64,000 bases of DNA from the human T2T-CHM13v2.0 reference genome, Homo sapiens: the NCBI RefSeq assembly GCF_009914755.1, contig NC_060939.1. One strand, 5' to 3'. Below are positions 29,001 to 47,008 of this stretch, one piece after another. Position 1 is the stretch's first letter. Each line of letters starts with the position of its first letter. Under the pieces are notes generated by a model that made no database searches, was not told the DNA's origin, and worked only from the letters and a program-made list of their open reading frames with translations. Made by a program: the position numbers and the translations under genes.

Positions 29001-30647
29001 TCTTGACCATGGAGTACATTTTTAAAATTGAAACAATTCGCCAAGAACTGCTATAAAATTGCCTCAGTGAGGAGACTTGTTTGGACCTGAGCAATGCGCC
29101 ATCAAAGAATCTGGCATTTTGTTTGGAAAAGGCTGAGTTGAAATGTAGAAATAAAATTTGACCTCCAAAGATAGTAGTAAGCAATTCAAATTACTATGTA
29201 TAAATCTTTTATCTAATGTCCAGTGGGACCAATTTAAATAGCGAGGTCAGAGTTTCCAAAGCTTCTGGCCTAGGCTCAAAGCCAAGAAATGGAGTTGTCT
29301 GCTCAAGTGATTGTAGAGATTATGACATAATCCCAGGCAGCAGATGGAAACACTAGGACAGATTTGAAGCCTCCAGAGGAAGGGATCTATCAAGGGTCAG
29401 TAGTGGATTTTGGGCCGTTCTAGCAGGCTAAATTTCAAAGCCAGCTCCAGGCAAGGATTAATCACACATACACCCAGTTATTGGTATATTACTACTGAAA
29501 GCTCGGTGAAGAACCTGAACTTCAAGACGCACCCAAAACTTGAAGGAGGAAAGTAACTATGGGATATGTCAAATGGTCTGGTCTCATTTAGATTCCTGAT
29601 CTAGCCAGCTTTAGATCTCCAGGCTCAGTAACTGGGTAGGACTGAAACTGCAGGTTGAATATTCTTTGCGCCTTGAGATGAGCAATACGAACACAAATAA
29701 TAAAGATCCCATTGCCACATGATAAGTTGTGGGAATGACTCAGCCTTGCTGTATTTCCAAATTCTCAAAGGTTGTTTATCAAGTAGGCAGGGATGTTTAA
29801 TCAGGTTAAGGTTGCCTCAGTAGGAATTGGTTAAAACTGATCATTGAGCTTCTCATTCAATAGGGTAAACAACACACTTAGAAAGTTATCAATTTATCCC
29901 ACAAAAATCCCATTGAGATGACAAGAGCAAAATTATTAGTAATTTGATGAAAGCACTGGAAACCCAAGAAGTTTTCCACCAGAGGACAAGAAACATTAGA
30001 AATTGTCTACAGGACATAAAACAGGTGGGACAGGACTGAAGTTGACACCACACTGAGTTGTTACTTGATGCAGGCAAACAAAGAGGTGGTTGAAAGAATG
30101 AATAACAAATTGTGCAAGACAGTCTCCCAAATCTTTAAATACAGAGTCAGCAGGTTCAGGTAGCAGGAGCAGGTTATGGGTTTGTGGTGGACTCTTAGCA
30201 TGGGAATTAGAGCCAGAAAGAGAAGCTGAGCTGTTCCCAGGCAACTTCAGGCACCCACAGCAGATGTGAGCCTCTGTACCTTAAAATAAGATGCTCCAAA
30301 TCTTCTCACCCTACTAAAACTCTACAGACAACACTCCCATTCATGGCTAGGGGAAGAGGGACACACCATTGCTGAGTAGCTCTTTATCAGCTACTCATGT
30401 TGACTACTCTAGATATTAATGTATAAACAATATAGAAAGAGATGACTAAAAATCACATCACCAGGCATTTAAAGAAAACAGCATGGAAGAGAGAAGGCAC
30501 CCTATACAAGCAAAACAAATGGTTTCCCAAGGAAGCAACATGAATGCAAGGAAGAGAAGAAAATGTTGCCAAAAACCTGAGTATCTTTCGTGATATTGAA
30601 GGTAATGCTGCATATGTATAAATGCATGCTGGTAAAAACGTATGGCC

Positions 30648-30653
<6 letters not shown>

Positions 30654-30678
<25 letters not shown>

Positions 30679-30958
30679 GAGACGGAGTCTCGCTCTTTTG
30701 CCCAGGCCAGACTGCAGTGACGCTATCTCCACTCACTACAAGCTCTGCCTCCCGGGTTCATGCCATTCTCCTGCCTCAGCCTCCTGAATAGCTGGGACTA
30801 CAGGCGCCCGCCACTGCGCTGGCTAATTTTTTGTATTTTTAATAGAGACGGGATTTCACCATGTTAGCCAAGATGGTCTTGATCTCCTGACCTCGTGATC
30901 TGCCGGCCTCGGCCTCCCAAAGCGCTGGGATTACAGGCGGGAGCCACCGTGCCCGGCC
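30654..30958 (-). mobile_element. AluY (Ye/Yk-like diagnostics)
   Basis: Long poly-T; CAGGCCAGACTGCAGTG, GCTATCTC, CCTGACCTCGTGATC; TSD GCCAGAAACTTTT. Confidence 0.9.
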
Positions 30959-32195
30959 TAGCCAGAAACTTTTAAAAATTCTTAGAAAAATAAAAATATC
31001 CCTACTGTAATATAAAATTCAATGAGAGACAATTTTTAAAGTTCATACATGCAACCACCAAAGTAGTCATTTTAAAAGTCCAATTTGAGAACGTAAAGCA
31101 AAAAACAAATAGGATGTATTTGAGAAGTGCTATTTGAGAAATACTTGAATTTTCAGAAGAAAAGTGCCACCTAAGCACTAAAAAGGAATACTAAAAAAAG
31201 AAATTAGTATACATATATGCTGGTATTTCTAAATTCAAAGGTTAATTCTGAAAAATATTGAGAACTTCTGGAATGCTAAAACAAGTTCATTAAAAAGGAA
31301 AGAGAAACAAATATATGCTGAATTTGTTGTACAAAATGCTAAGAACTAGAACTCAATTAAGAAGTATCTATATTGTTCTAAAAAGAATACAGTGAAGCTT
31401 TAATGCTTTAACAAGCCAAATTATCATTTACACATGAAGTCAAACTAAGCATTTCTTAAGTTGCTCAAGGATTCAGAAAATATACTGGCAAAATTATAAC
31501 TTTTATTAACAATATTAATTATATACTCCAACCAAATAAAACAATTATATGTGTATATCCAAAAAGGAGAAAGACCTTAGCCATAAAATATGCTAGAGAA
31601 AAGCAACAGATAAAAACCTAGAACTACATCAAAACAAGGGTGACAGTATACTTCTAGAGTGTAATGCAACTGTTCGGAATAGATACTTTTAAAAACAAGA
31701 GGTGCAAGGAACTTTTAAAATCATATTTTTAAAAATTTGTAACCAAAATATAAGAATTACAGATATTATCAAAACCCAGGTCTTGGAGCATAGAAGAGGA
31801 TGAATACAAATTTTTAGAAAAGCTGAAGTTGTTATTTTCTTTATGGATTATACATACTGATGAAATAGAAAGTAGAAGCTGAAAAATGCTTATCAAGATT
31901 TAGGGCTATCTTTGAGGGAGGAACAGCAACTGAAAGAACAATAGGAAGTCTCCTAGGGTACTGATTACATAGTGTGCTCACTTTCTAAAAATTCCTCATG
32001 CTATATACTTTTGATGTGAGCAATTTTCTTTAAGTATGTTCTACTTCAATTTAAAACTTCTTAAATATGATCGCAGTGACTGGAAACAAGATTAGAAATT
32101 CTAAATTGTTGTAGATAAAAGAGAACAAACAAAATTTTGTCAACCAATCAAAAGTGGAGAAAGAATTTAAATAAACAATAGAAAGATGTAATTAG

Positions 32196-34792
<2,597 letters not shown>

Positions 34793-37700
34793 TTAGAAAG
34801 TTATAAGATTAAAAGGTAATCACAATAAATGCAAAAGGATTAATATGACCTTTTAAAAAGTAAACAATCCTCTCCAATTAAGCAAAATTTAAAACTAAAT
34901 GCTATGGTATTCAAGAAAAGCACTAAAACAAAAGAGGCTTAACACTTGAAAATAAAGAATAGATGAAGATATGCTAGAATATGACCCATAAAAGGCAAAA
35001 TCAATATCAGACTATGTCAGAAAGCAAGAGATGTGTTTTATCTAGGGTCTAAGTAGGAAAACAGAAATTACTGCAAGTATTTTTAATAGAGGAAATTTAA
35101 TGCAGAGAACTATTTACAGATATGGAGAAACTGACTTAACAAAAACAGTAAAGGATGAGGTGATGTTAAGCTAGAGAGACAAAAGAATAAAGCATGTCTC
35201 TGGTGTCCAGGGGTGACAGGGTCACTGGAATTACTGTAGGCCTGTAGTTGGGAGGCAGTTATAAGGATGCAACCCAGACAGAAGGATGAAAGGAAGGAGG
35301 AATAAGTACCCTGAGTTTTCCACTCCTCCCACTATTAATCCCTTTCACAAGCCCCCCGCACTGACCCATCTGAAAGCCAGCTGACAAGGGAGCCCAGAAT
35401 CCTGAAAAACACAACATGCACATGTCACCCTCCCCACACTACAGTGCAGAACAGAGGTGGACAAGGAATGAATATGGAACAAACAGGCCAACAACAGACA
35501 AAGAAAATTGAAAAGGAATGCATTTAATATTGATAAATGGCATGACCGCCAATATCATATAATAATCATGAATCTCTTTGCACTAAACAATATAGCTCTA
35601 AAAATTATAAAGTGAGAACCAATAATGGACAAGTAGGAAGGAATTTTGGGGGACAGAAACATTTAATACAAACTTCCAATGTAAACCCCTCTTCCATGCC
35701 CCCATGCCCGTATAGAATTGTAAGTCTAATGTTCATCAGTATTTTTGTGTGACTCCTCTCTTTGAGGGGAAACCCCCAAAATATTGAACTTCACATTGGG
35801 TCAATATAGAAAAGTAGAGAGGTATTAGGTAAAGTCATGAGACCTAGAGCAGGAAGACACATAAAAGAGTGGGTCCAAAGAATTAAAAAGAATCCTGGAA
35901 AGGTTTGAGGCTTCCATAAGTCATAGAATGATATACTCAAGGCTATGTAGATTGCACAGTGTGTGTGTGTCTGCACATTTGCATGCATACATGGTTCTAA
36001 AAGCAAGGTAAAAATCAATTGAAGGATTCAGAGCAAACTCCTGACAGAGGTTACCTTATGGAAGCAGTAGAAATGGATGTGTGACATCAGTCAGTGAACA
36101 GTTTGATGATAGACATGTAATAGATATTTTAAAGAATTTAATATGAAAATGTATTAACTAAGTATAAGGTTGTTAACTAGGTACTTGAGGGCGAACAAAG
36201 AGAATTGTAAGGTATTAGAGAGGAGCAACTTGCAGGAAACAGCTCAGAGATTGGGCCTCATGGGCCTGGGACCCAGACATTTAGGAGGAAAAGCTGGCAG
36301 ATAGTGATTTTGAGGATGCCACAAAGTTTGTTTTGCACACATCAGAAAAAAAAAAAGCAAACTAATCAACTGCTACTTCTGGAGTGGAAAAAGGAACCAG
36401 ACACAAAATCCAGAGGAGTGAAAATGAAGGAGCCAGTGAAGTGAAGTCTCCCTCTATCAGCCCTGCAGGCTGCCTCCAGGACCCCAGATTGGCAGAAGCT
36501 CAACATGAAGGCAGCTAGTATAAAAGGAATGTAATTTGTAGAGTCCCAGTCCTGACATCACAAAGCAAGGTGAATGCTCACAACTAAACTTGAAAAATAT
36601 TTTCTTATTTGAATACAGTCAAACTATTATACTTTTCAAATCGTTATAGATTTCTGCTTTTATAGAAGTAAGCTGTCTTATCTATAATTTGCTTTTATTT
36701 TAGTTAGCCAAATTATCACAATTTTTCCAGTGGAAGTCACCTTTAATATGGTTTCTGAAAATTTTCTATACCATCTCTAAACATTTAAAAGTATTCTTAC
36801 TTTTGTGGACAAAAAAATGTCCCAGGCTCGCCTTGTAAACTTACCACTTCTTTCTAAGCAATCAGATAGCTTATAGTGAGAAGAGTATTAGAACCCAAAC
36901 CTGGGGCTAAGGATATAAATAGCATTGTTTGTTTGCAGTACATGTGACATATACCATCTAGTGACAAAAGATGGAAATGATATGTAATTTTTAAATTGTG
37001 AGTTCAAACTGACATTTTAAATGTACTTTTAAACATTTTCCTATTGCATGCCACTTTGGATTTTTAACTCCTTACTTAACATATTCCAAATTGGTAACTA
37101 CAATCTCAATTAAAACAAACATATTTATTTCTCAAACAACAAAATGTCAAAAATTTACTAATTTAACACTTTGATATGTAAGATTTAACACTAAAGCCTT
37201 CGTGACAATTTTTAACATGTTTCCCTAATGTTTTAAAACAAACTTATTTTGCATTATTTGTAAACATTTGTCTTCCATTGAACTTATTAAAAAAAAACAA
37301 GTATATACTTTCATCCAACAACTGAAGTTTATTTTAACCACAACTGTTGGTCTTCTAATGATTGACAGTTTTGACTTTGGAAAATATTCACTTACCTTTT
37401 GTTTATTTAATAAATATTTATTGAGCTATTAGCGATACAGCAATAAATAAAACAAAAATCCCTGTCTTCCAGAAAGTTGCATTCTGTTTTGCAGACAAAC
37501 AACAACAACAAACGATAAGTAAAATAAATAGTATGTCAGATGACAATAAGTGATATTGAGGAAATATTAAGACCACTAATAAGATGTTAGGGGAGGGATA
37601 ACTAACAATTTTGATGGGGTGACTAGGGAAGATATCAAGGACAAGGGGAGAGGGAATACGAATAAGATGAAGACACTATTCCAGAGAATATCCACAGAAT

Positions 37701-39716
37701 GAGAGCATTCCAGGCAAAGGTGACAAGAAAGACTTAGGCAAAGCCTGCCCGAATAAGAGAAGGTTAAGTTGCTTTTCCCAATTCAAAACCATCACTTCTT
37801 CAATTCCCTTTTTTTTTTTTCTTAAATTGTTAGCTTTGGGAAAGTTTTGCATGTAAAACATACACTGAATACATACACACATACACTCACACCAAATTTG
37901 TTTAATTTTACATCTTATTATAGGAGTAAGTACACTTTCGCCATTTTGTCTCTTCTGCCAACATGGAAGTTATTTTAGTTTTCTTTTTAAATATAATGTT
38001 ACGATTATTATAGAAACAAAATTAATGATTAAAACATAGTTTGAATTATAATTGCATTTTAATGTAACTGTTAGGAATTTATCTTTAATAATGATTATAA
38101 CTTTCATTTTCAAAAGACACATCTTAATTAATTCAAACAGATTTTAAAATAAGTTGATTGTGTTTACACTTTTTGCCAATGAAAGTTTAACATTTTCAAT
38201 TAAATATTTTAATTGGTTGCTCATAAGGTAGCTTTTCAAAAGACACATTTGCAAGAACTTGCGACCTCCAAACACCATCTTAAAATTCAATTAGTTTATA
38301 ATACATTTGAATAAATTATAGTTTTAAATTATAGTTTTCAACAGCTCTTTTGGAAAGCTGAATAAGATAAACAATTAAAATACTGTTACTCTATATTGCC
38401 AATGTGAATACAAACTTTATTTTTTTATTATTATGAAATATTTCAGTGTCCTAAAGAATAGCTAATATAGAGCTACAGGGTATAAAGATAATTTTTAAAG
38501 TACTCATTAACCTTTCAGAAGGCAAATAGAACATCAGCATTACTGTTGAAGCCTCCATTCATTGCACCTCCTTTCCTCTGTATACCAGGCACCTTCCACC
38601 TTCCTAAAGGTAATTAGTCTTCTAAAACTTGTGTTCATTTTCTTGCTTACTGTCATAGTGTATGAATCCCTAGACAATATATTATTTATATATTAAATGC
38701 CATTGAGTTTCATTTAAGTGGTATTATGTTGTATGGTTTTACTGTAACTTGTTATTTTATTTAACACTACATTCATGAGATTTATCTATGTTGAAATATA
38801 CAAAGCTATAGTAAACTCTTTTTCACAGCTAAACAGGATTCTATTGTATTAATATGCCACAATTCATTTATGGATTTTTGTTTATTTTTAAAATTTTACT
38901 ATCAGAAATATTGCTACTATGAAGACTACTGAACACATCCCAGTGCATTAGGAATATCCTTAGGGATGGGTTGTAAAGTATATGCAACTTCATTTTTAAA
39001 AAATAATAACAAGTTAGTTTATAATATTGTTGCAAGAACTTATACTTTCAGCAGCAATGTATATAATTATGGTTGCTTTTTTTCACAATATTTTGACAAA
39101 ATGATCGATTTTGTCCAAATTTTTAACACAGTGAAGCAACATTTTTAAAGTAATGAAAGAAAAATCTGTCAACCCAGAACTCTGTAACCTATAAAGATAT
39201 ATTCCAAAAATTGAAGGCAAATTTTTTAAAAAATATCAACCTAGAATTTTATAGCCAATAAAAATATCTTTCAAACACTGAATGCAAAATCAGGACTTTG
39301 TCACCTTTGCAAAAGATAAAAGAATTCATCACTGAAAGACCCTCTCTACAGAATATGCAAAAGGAAGTACTTCAAGAAGGGGGAAAATAATGGATTCAAT
39401 CTCTTGCTATCTTGCCCTTCCACCTTCTGCCATGTGAGAACACAGCAACAAGGCCCTCACCAGGTCAGATGGACAGATCTTGGACTTGCCAGCCTCCAGA
39501 CTAAGTTTCTGTTTATTATAAACTGCCCAGTCTTGGGTATTTTGTTAGAGCAGCACAAAATGGATTAAGACAAATATCTTAACTTAGTGGGTAAAACAGA
39601 CCATTACCTAACTCAGGAGAGTATATTGAAAATCAGAAGGAATTGAATAATAATTTTTATTATAAGCCTCTCTGTATGGTTTGAGTCATTACTTGGACCA
39701 CTCATTTTTTTAATTA

Positions 39717-40076
<360 letters not shown>

Positions 40077-41427
40077 TCAGAGAAGAAAAAAGTATAGTTA
40101 ATTCATAAACTTTTTCAAACAATGAGAGTCATTAAACTTCCTAATTTGTGTCTTTAGCAAAACAAATTCCTGTTCATATTAAAAATTAAGTTTGCATTTC
40201 AAACAGAGGGCCATGGGAAAAATTAAAATATAATCTGTGGAAAACTGACTAAGAAGGCATTTGTAAAAGTCCTGCCTTGCCAATCATCCGCAAAAATTAA
40301 TTTCCATGATTCTTATTTCTTTCCGTTTTATTCTCAACTCAAAAACATTTTTTCATTTTCATTGCATTTTTTCATTGTTCATTATATAGCAAAAAATCCA
40401 GTTGTTGACAAACTGGATATTGGTTCTTCTCATTATGGCACAGGATTAAACCTGCATATGGTTTATTTAATTTATTATCCAAGACAAGACTTTCTGATTA
40501 TAAAAAGGAACCCTATTAATAATAGTCTTCCCTTTTCCTTAGTCTGGTTTTCCACTAGTGTTTCCTTAGACCTCAGGTTCTAAGAATTCCAAATTATTCA
40601 CAGTCTTTAATATATGCCATGCTGCTCATACCTTCAAGGCTTTGCACATTCAAAGACTTCTGGATAGAATGCCACTGAGTACTTCAGAAACTCTTCTTGG
40701 GCTTTTCAAACCCACCTTAGGAGATTAGGCAACTCTTAGGAGAATCCAATGCTAATGCCCTTCACATCTTGACCATTCTCTTCATTTATGAAAGATTCAG
40801 CCACCGACCACATGTACGGTGCTCTACGCTACAGAGCTACTCAAGATAAACATGACCTTTATGCTCTGGGAGCTTAACATCTGTGAAAACTGAACCTTGA
40901 AAATGCTTCTATTGTACTTATTTCACTGTATTACAACTACCTGTCGCATCCCCTTACAGAGCTGCGAGCCCCTTGAAGACAGGCATTTTAGTTGACCTCT
41001 GTATCTGACAGTGTCCTGACTCTGTTCTGGAGAATTAGCCCTCCATCATTGCACAATCTTAGTAGGTGTATAAATTAACTATTGATGCATAACAAACCAT
41101 ACTGAAACCTTCATTTAGTTTCCAAACTCAAAACATTCATTCGGCTCATGGATCTTCAGTCGGACTGGGAAGTTTTGCTGCTGTGGACTGGCCTGGTTGA
41201 TCTTGGGGCTTATATACACACCTATAGTCACCTGGAGGGTTGACTGGAGGCTGGCTCATTGTAGTGGTTTAAAAATGTCTGAAAATTTTTTCACATTCCT
41301 CCCTTCAGAAAGTAAAGCCTATGGTGAGGGAAATTTTAAAAAGAGAGACAAAAAGTAGAGCCTAATTTCCCTGCCCTTGATTGCAAGCCAAACTTGGTGA
41401 CTCATTTCTAATAAATAAAACATGGCA

Positions 41428-41800
<373 letters not shown>

Positions 41801-42211
41801 TTAGCATCATGCTGATATTTAAGCAGCCTGTAGAGAGAGGCCCTCAGGGAGAATAACTGAGGCCTCCAGCCAACTACCAACTTGCCAGTCACATGAACAA
41901 ATCACCTTGAAAGTGAATCCTACCTCAGATTATTACAGCCTGGCCAACATCTTCTCTGAAACCTCATAAGAGGCCCCAAGTCAGAACCTCTCAGCTAAAA
42001 TTGCAATGGATTTCTGATCTTCAAAAACTGTGTGAGATAAGAAATGTTTTTCATTAGTTTAAGTTACTACATTTTTTGCAGTAATCGGATGTGCAAAATG
42101 AATGATGGGTACAATGGCTACGATAACCTCAGCTGGAATAACTCATCACTGCTCTACATGGACTCTAGTCTTCCATCATGCTAGTCCAGATCTGTTCTCA
42201 GGGCTTTACAA

Positions 42212-43180
42212 ATGTTTTGGTCAGGGCTCTCCAGAGAAACAGACACAATAGGATATGCATGTGCTAGGGTTTGGACGTTTCCCCTAAAAAGCATGTATTG
42301 GAAACTGAATCCTCAGTGCAACAGTGTTGGGAGATGGGGCCTAATGAGAGGTGATTAGGCCATGAGGGTGAAGTACATGAATCTATGATGTTATTGCCAG
42401 AATGAGTTTCCCATAACAGGAGGAGAACGGACCTCTTTACTCTTTCTTTCATCCCCTTTCCCCTTTTGCCATGGGATGACACAGCAAGAAGGCACTCACC
42501 AAATGCCAGCCCCTCAATATTGGACGTCACAGCTTCCATAACTGTGAGTCAATAAATTTCTATTCATTATAAATTACCGAGTCTTACCTATTCTGTGATA
42601 GCAGAACAAAAGGGACTAAGACAGTGTTCATATGTGTTTCTGTGTGTATTCAGAGAGAGAGAGAAAGAAGGGGAGAGATTTATCATAGAAACAAGCTCAT
42701 GTGATTAGAGAGGCTTGAGAAGTTCCCACAATCTTTTCTGGAAACCCAGGAAAACTGGTGATGTAATTCATTCCACATCTCAATGTCCAAGAACCAGGGG
42801 AGTCAATGATATAACTTCCAGTCTAAGGCCAAAGGCCTGAGAACAGAGAGGCAGGGGCAGTGGGGGCAATATGAGCCCCAAAGTCTGAAGGCCTGAGAAC
42901 CATGGGTTTCAGTCTCCAAGGGCAGGAGAAGATGGATATCCTAGCTCAAAAAAAGGAAGTGAATTCATCCTTCCTCTGCCTTGTTGTTCTATTGGGGCCC
43001 TCAATGGATTGGATGATGTCTGATCACATTGGTAAGGCCTGATCTTCTTCACTCAGTCAACAGATTCAAATACTGATCTCCTTCAAAACACCCACAGAGA
43101 CACATCCAGAAATAATGTTTTACCAGCTATTTGGGCATCCTTTAGCCCAGTGAAGTTGAAATATAAAATTAACCATCACA
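42212..43180 (-). mobile_element. MLT2 (ERVL) LTR carrying a nested MST-type LTR (42262-42623, + strand)
   Basis: CAGGGCTCTCCAGAGAAACAGA...GCCCAGTGAAGTTGA...AAAATTAACCATCACA; nested TGCTAGGGTTTGGA...GGACTAAGACA. Confidence 0.75.
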
Positions 43181-44589
43181 ACAAGGTTTAGTGAAAGCAT
43201 ATGATTACAGGGCACCCTGAGGCCCGTGCTCAGAAATGGCATGTCGACTATACCATTGGCTAAAGTGAGCACCAGGCCAGCCCAAGTTCAAGGATGGGGA
43301 GATAAATACCTCCCCTTGAGGGAAAAAGCTTCAAAGTCACATGACAAGGAGCAAGGATTACAAGAGGAAAATATCTGAGGTGACTTTTGTAATCCATCTA
43401 CCACAATTGAGTTTGTCAATCAAGGTGTTTCCTCTCCTTTGTCCCAAGGGTGGGTTTTCCATCCAAGCAAGGGCAGTCAAGTGCTCTCTACCTCAGGAGT
43501 CTTGGATGGAGGACCTCAAGGGGGAAAATGAATGGTTTTATGCTGATGATGAGCGGTTTGAAGAGGTGCGGCATTCATTCTTGCTGCTACATTTCTGTAG
43601 CTGCCCTACTTTCTGTTCTGTATGGTTCTTTAGCTAGTCCTTTCTGTAAACTGCCATGTGCTTTCCAACAAACACCATTCTTTTCTAGTCAAGTTAGCCA
43701 GAGTCCGTTTCTGTGGCTTGCCACCAAAGAAGCCTACATTCCCGGTCACTATCCCTGTGCCTGAGACCTTGGCAGCACGGAGCATGTGTCTGCATGGTTT
43801 CCTTAGGAAGTGCTTCTAATAAGCACCGTGTCCTTTACAAGAGGTACAAGCCAGAAAATGCCATAAATAAAGCACTGAGAAATCTCTCAGAACATTACTG
43901 GCATTTTAAAAATAGCTTTTAAAACTCTTTAAACTTCCTTAAGGACAAACATAATACAAATGCAAAGCAATAGCAATGAATGCAACAACTACCCTGAAAT
44001 GTTATTTTCTGCAAAGGCTGAATTGTCTAGCAGCATTTCCATGTGGCAGTGCTGCTGTCTGCCATGGTTATTGTATTCCAGAGGAGGCCAAAGATTTTGA
44101 CAATTGTACCAAATATTCATATTTAGGCTATGAAGTCAACTGTCTCCTGCCTCATGCTTTCCACTGACATATGGCAGCTTCAGGCCGCTGTTCTATTTGC
44201 TTGTCTATAGCAATTGAGGTTTACAATCTCTCCAGGCATGAAATACTTAATAAATTCTGCTTTCCGCTGGTCATGTTCCCTTACTACACTACATGGTCAT
44301 GTTTTCCGCTGCACCAATTGGGGATGACAGAAGGTATCAACTCCCTTTTCGGGTATTTAAACTTTGAGCAGTCATCTGTATTCAGAAAGAGTGCCCATGA
44401 ACTTCTGAGAGCTTGGCTTACGCAGACCTGAGAGTGTGAAAGATGCACAATCAGATCCTCGCGAATATATTTCCCAGTCTACGATCAGCAGCTTCTAAAA
44501 TAAACTCATCAGTGCGTCTTTCGGCTGGAGTTCCAGCAGTTGTTAATCAGGGGTGGGCTTTGGCGTCTGACAGTAGAGACAGCGCGCCC

Positions 44590-44850
44590 TAGTGATTAAG
44601 GACGCAGCCTTTTAGCCCAAAAACCATGAGTTCCTGTCTTGGCTCTACTTCTTACTACTTGAGCATCTTGGACAAACTACTTAACCCTTCTCTGGGCCTC
44701 AGTTGCCTCCTGGGGAAAACTGTGTCAAAAATAGAAGCTGCCTCATCATGTTCTTCTGATAATTAATATAACAATATATGTAATCCACTTAGCACAGAGC
44801 TTGGAACATAGGAAGCACTCAAACGGAATTGCTACTGCTTTTATTATTAT
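44590..44850 (+). mobile_element. MIR
   Basis: CTTGGACAAACTACTTAACC...GCCTCAGTT...CACTTAGCACAGAGCTTGGAACATAGGAAGCACTCAA. Confidence 0.7.
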
Positions 44851-46334
44851 AATTACTAATACTGCTACTGCTAATAATAATTTAACATGCCAGGAGCTTC
44901 CAGACTGGAACAGCAAGACAAGGTACATTTGACTCACCAAGCGGCAGCAGCAGACTAGTGCTAGTCCACCCGGGATTCGCATCAGTCCTCAAGGGCAGCC
45001 ACCTGAGAAGGTAGGGCTGGAGCTCAGAGTCTGAGGTCAACACTAGACACTGTCAACATTTCACCTCCACACTCTATCCAGGTTGGACCAAGAGTGTCAG
45101 AAGCAGAGTCAGAGCTCAGAAGAAAGGTGAGAACTCATCTAACTCTCAGAGCTGGGCTCCAATCTCAGCAGAGAACTGAAGTAGCTGCCTGGACTTTGGC
45201 TGTGGACTGACGTCCACCGAACACCCAGAACTCTGGTCATGCTGTGCTGGCTTGGGCAGTGGAAACTCTCCAGACCCATTCCACCAGCAGAAAGGAGAAG
45301 CTTCTGCAGTGCTGCCAAGTCTGGCTCTCTATCAGACTGAAGGCAGTGCCTTAATGTGAGCTGGTCCTTGTATGTAGGGCTAATACCATCTCGCTCTCTG
45401 AGCTGCAGGAAGAGATACACTTGACAAGGAAAGGGAAAAACATAGAGCCCGCAGTGACAGCACATCTGACACAATCACTGAGAGTTGCTCCAGGAGACAG
45501 CAGGGCTGATTACCTAAAACAGGAGGCAGTAACTGGCATGTCAGATACCTGAGGCTTCAGGGCTAATCTGTCCCCTCTCCAAAAAACGCCAGCGCTGTTG
45601 CAGGCTGCCAGCTGCAGAGACACTCCCAACAGATCCTCTAGGACCTTGCTGCTCACAGTGGTTCCCAGAGGGTGCCAGAATCTGCATATTTAACAAAGTG
45701 CCATGGGGTTCAAATGCACACTTCAGTTTAAGAAGTTCTGTTAGGATGTCCTTTCCATTGATGGAATTTAACCAATTCACCAGCCCTGGTTTCAAAATAG
45801 ACTGAAGTCGAGGAATGCTGAAGGCAGGAAGCATATCCCTCATTTCAGAAAGAAGGACGGAGTCTATTAGTGATGTTTTTTGGTTCATGAGAACGTTACG
45901 AAGTAGCCAGTATTAAGACCATCCCAGCCAAGCAGAGACGAGGGGTTGGAATGAGTGGAAACCAGTGAAGAAATCTGAAAAGAGGCAGAAATTTGGAGCA
46001 TGAGCATAGAAAGACACTCCACTCGACCTTGACTCTCACAACCTATTTTGTCATCATTTCCTTCACTGTTTGCTCATCTTTATTGTTAGTTTCCCTGCAT
46101 CATTTGTGGTTTCGAGAACATCAGAGTCACTCAGCTGTGCCTAATACCAAGGAAAGGTGACTTTATCTAGGTCGGAATGTAGGGGGCAGCTGCTGGAGTC
46201 CCCTGGGAACCAAGAACAGGTGGCAAGAGCAGGCACAGACTGAAGAAACAAGGACAGAAAAGTGAAGATCTGGGGAAGCACGCAGTACCACCTCTCCCTA
46301 ACCTGTAGACTTTCCTTCTTAAAAACTGTGTCTG

Positions 46335-46521
46335 CAGGAAGGGGAACATCACACTCTGGGGACTGTTGTGGGGTCGGGGGAGGGGGGAGGGATAGCATTG
46401 GAAGATATACCTAATGCTAGATGACGAGTTAGTGGGTGCAGCACACCAGCATGGCACATGTATACGTATGTAACTAACCTGCACAATGTGCACATGTACC
46501 CTAAAACTTAAAGTATAATAA

Positions 46522-46556
<35 letters not shown>

Positions 46557-46598
46557 AAAGAAAAAAAATCAGTTCAAAAAAACAAAACAAAACAAAAC
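46335..46598 (+). mobile_element. 5'-truncated young L1 (L1PA2-like) 3' UTR with A-rich tail
   Basis: CTAATGCTAGATGACGAGTTAGTGGG...AACTAACCTGCACAATGTGCACATGTACCCTAAAACTTAAAGTAT. It has GAG rather than the L1HS ACA/ACG diagnostic. TSD AAAACTGTGTCTG. Confidence 0.9.
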
Positions 46599-46610
46599 AA
46601 AACTGTGTCT

Positions 46611-47008
<398 letters not shown>

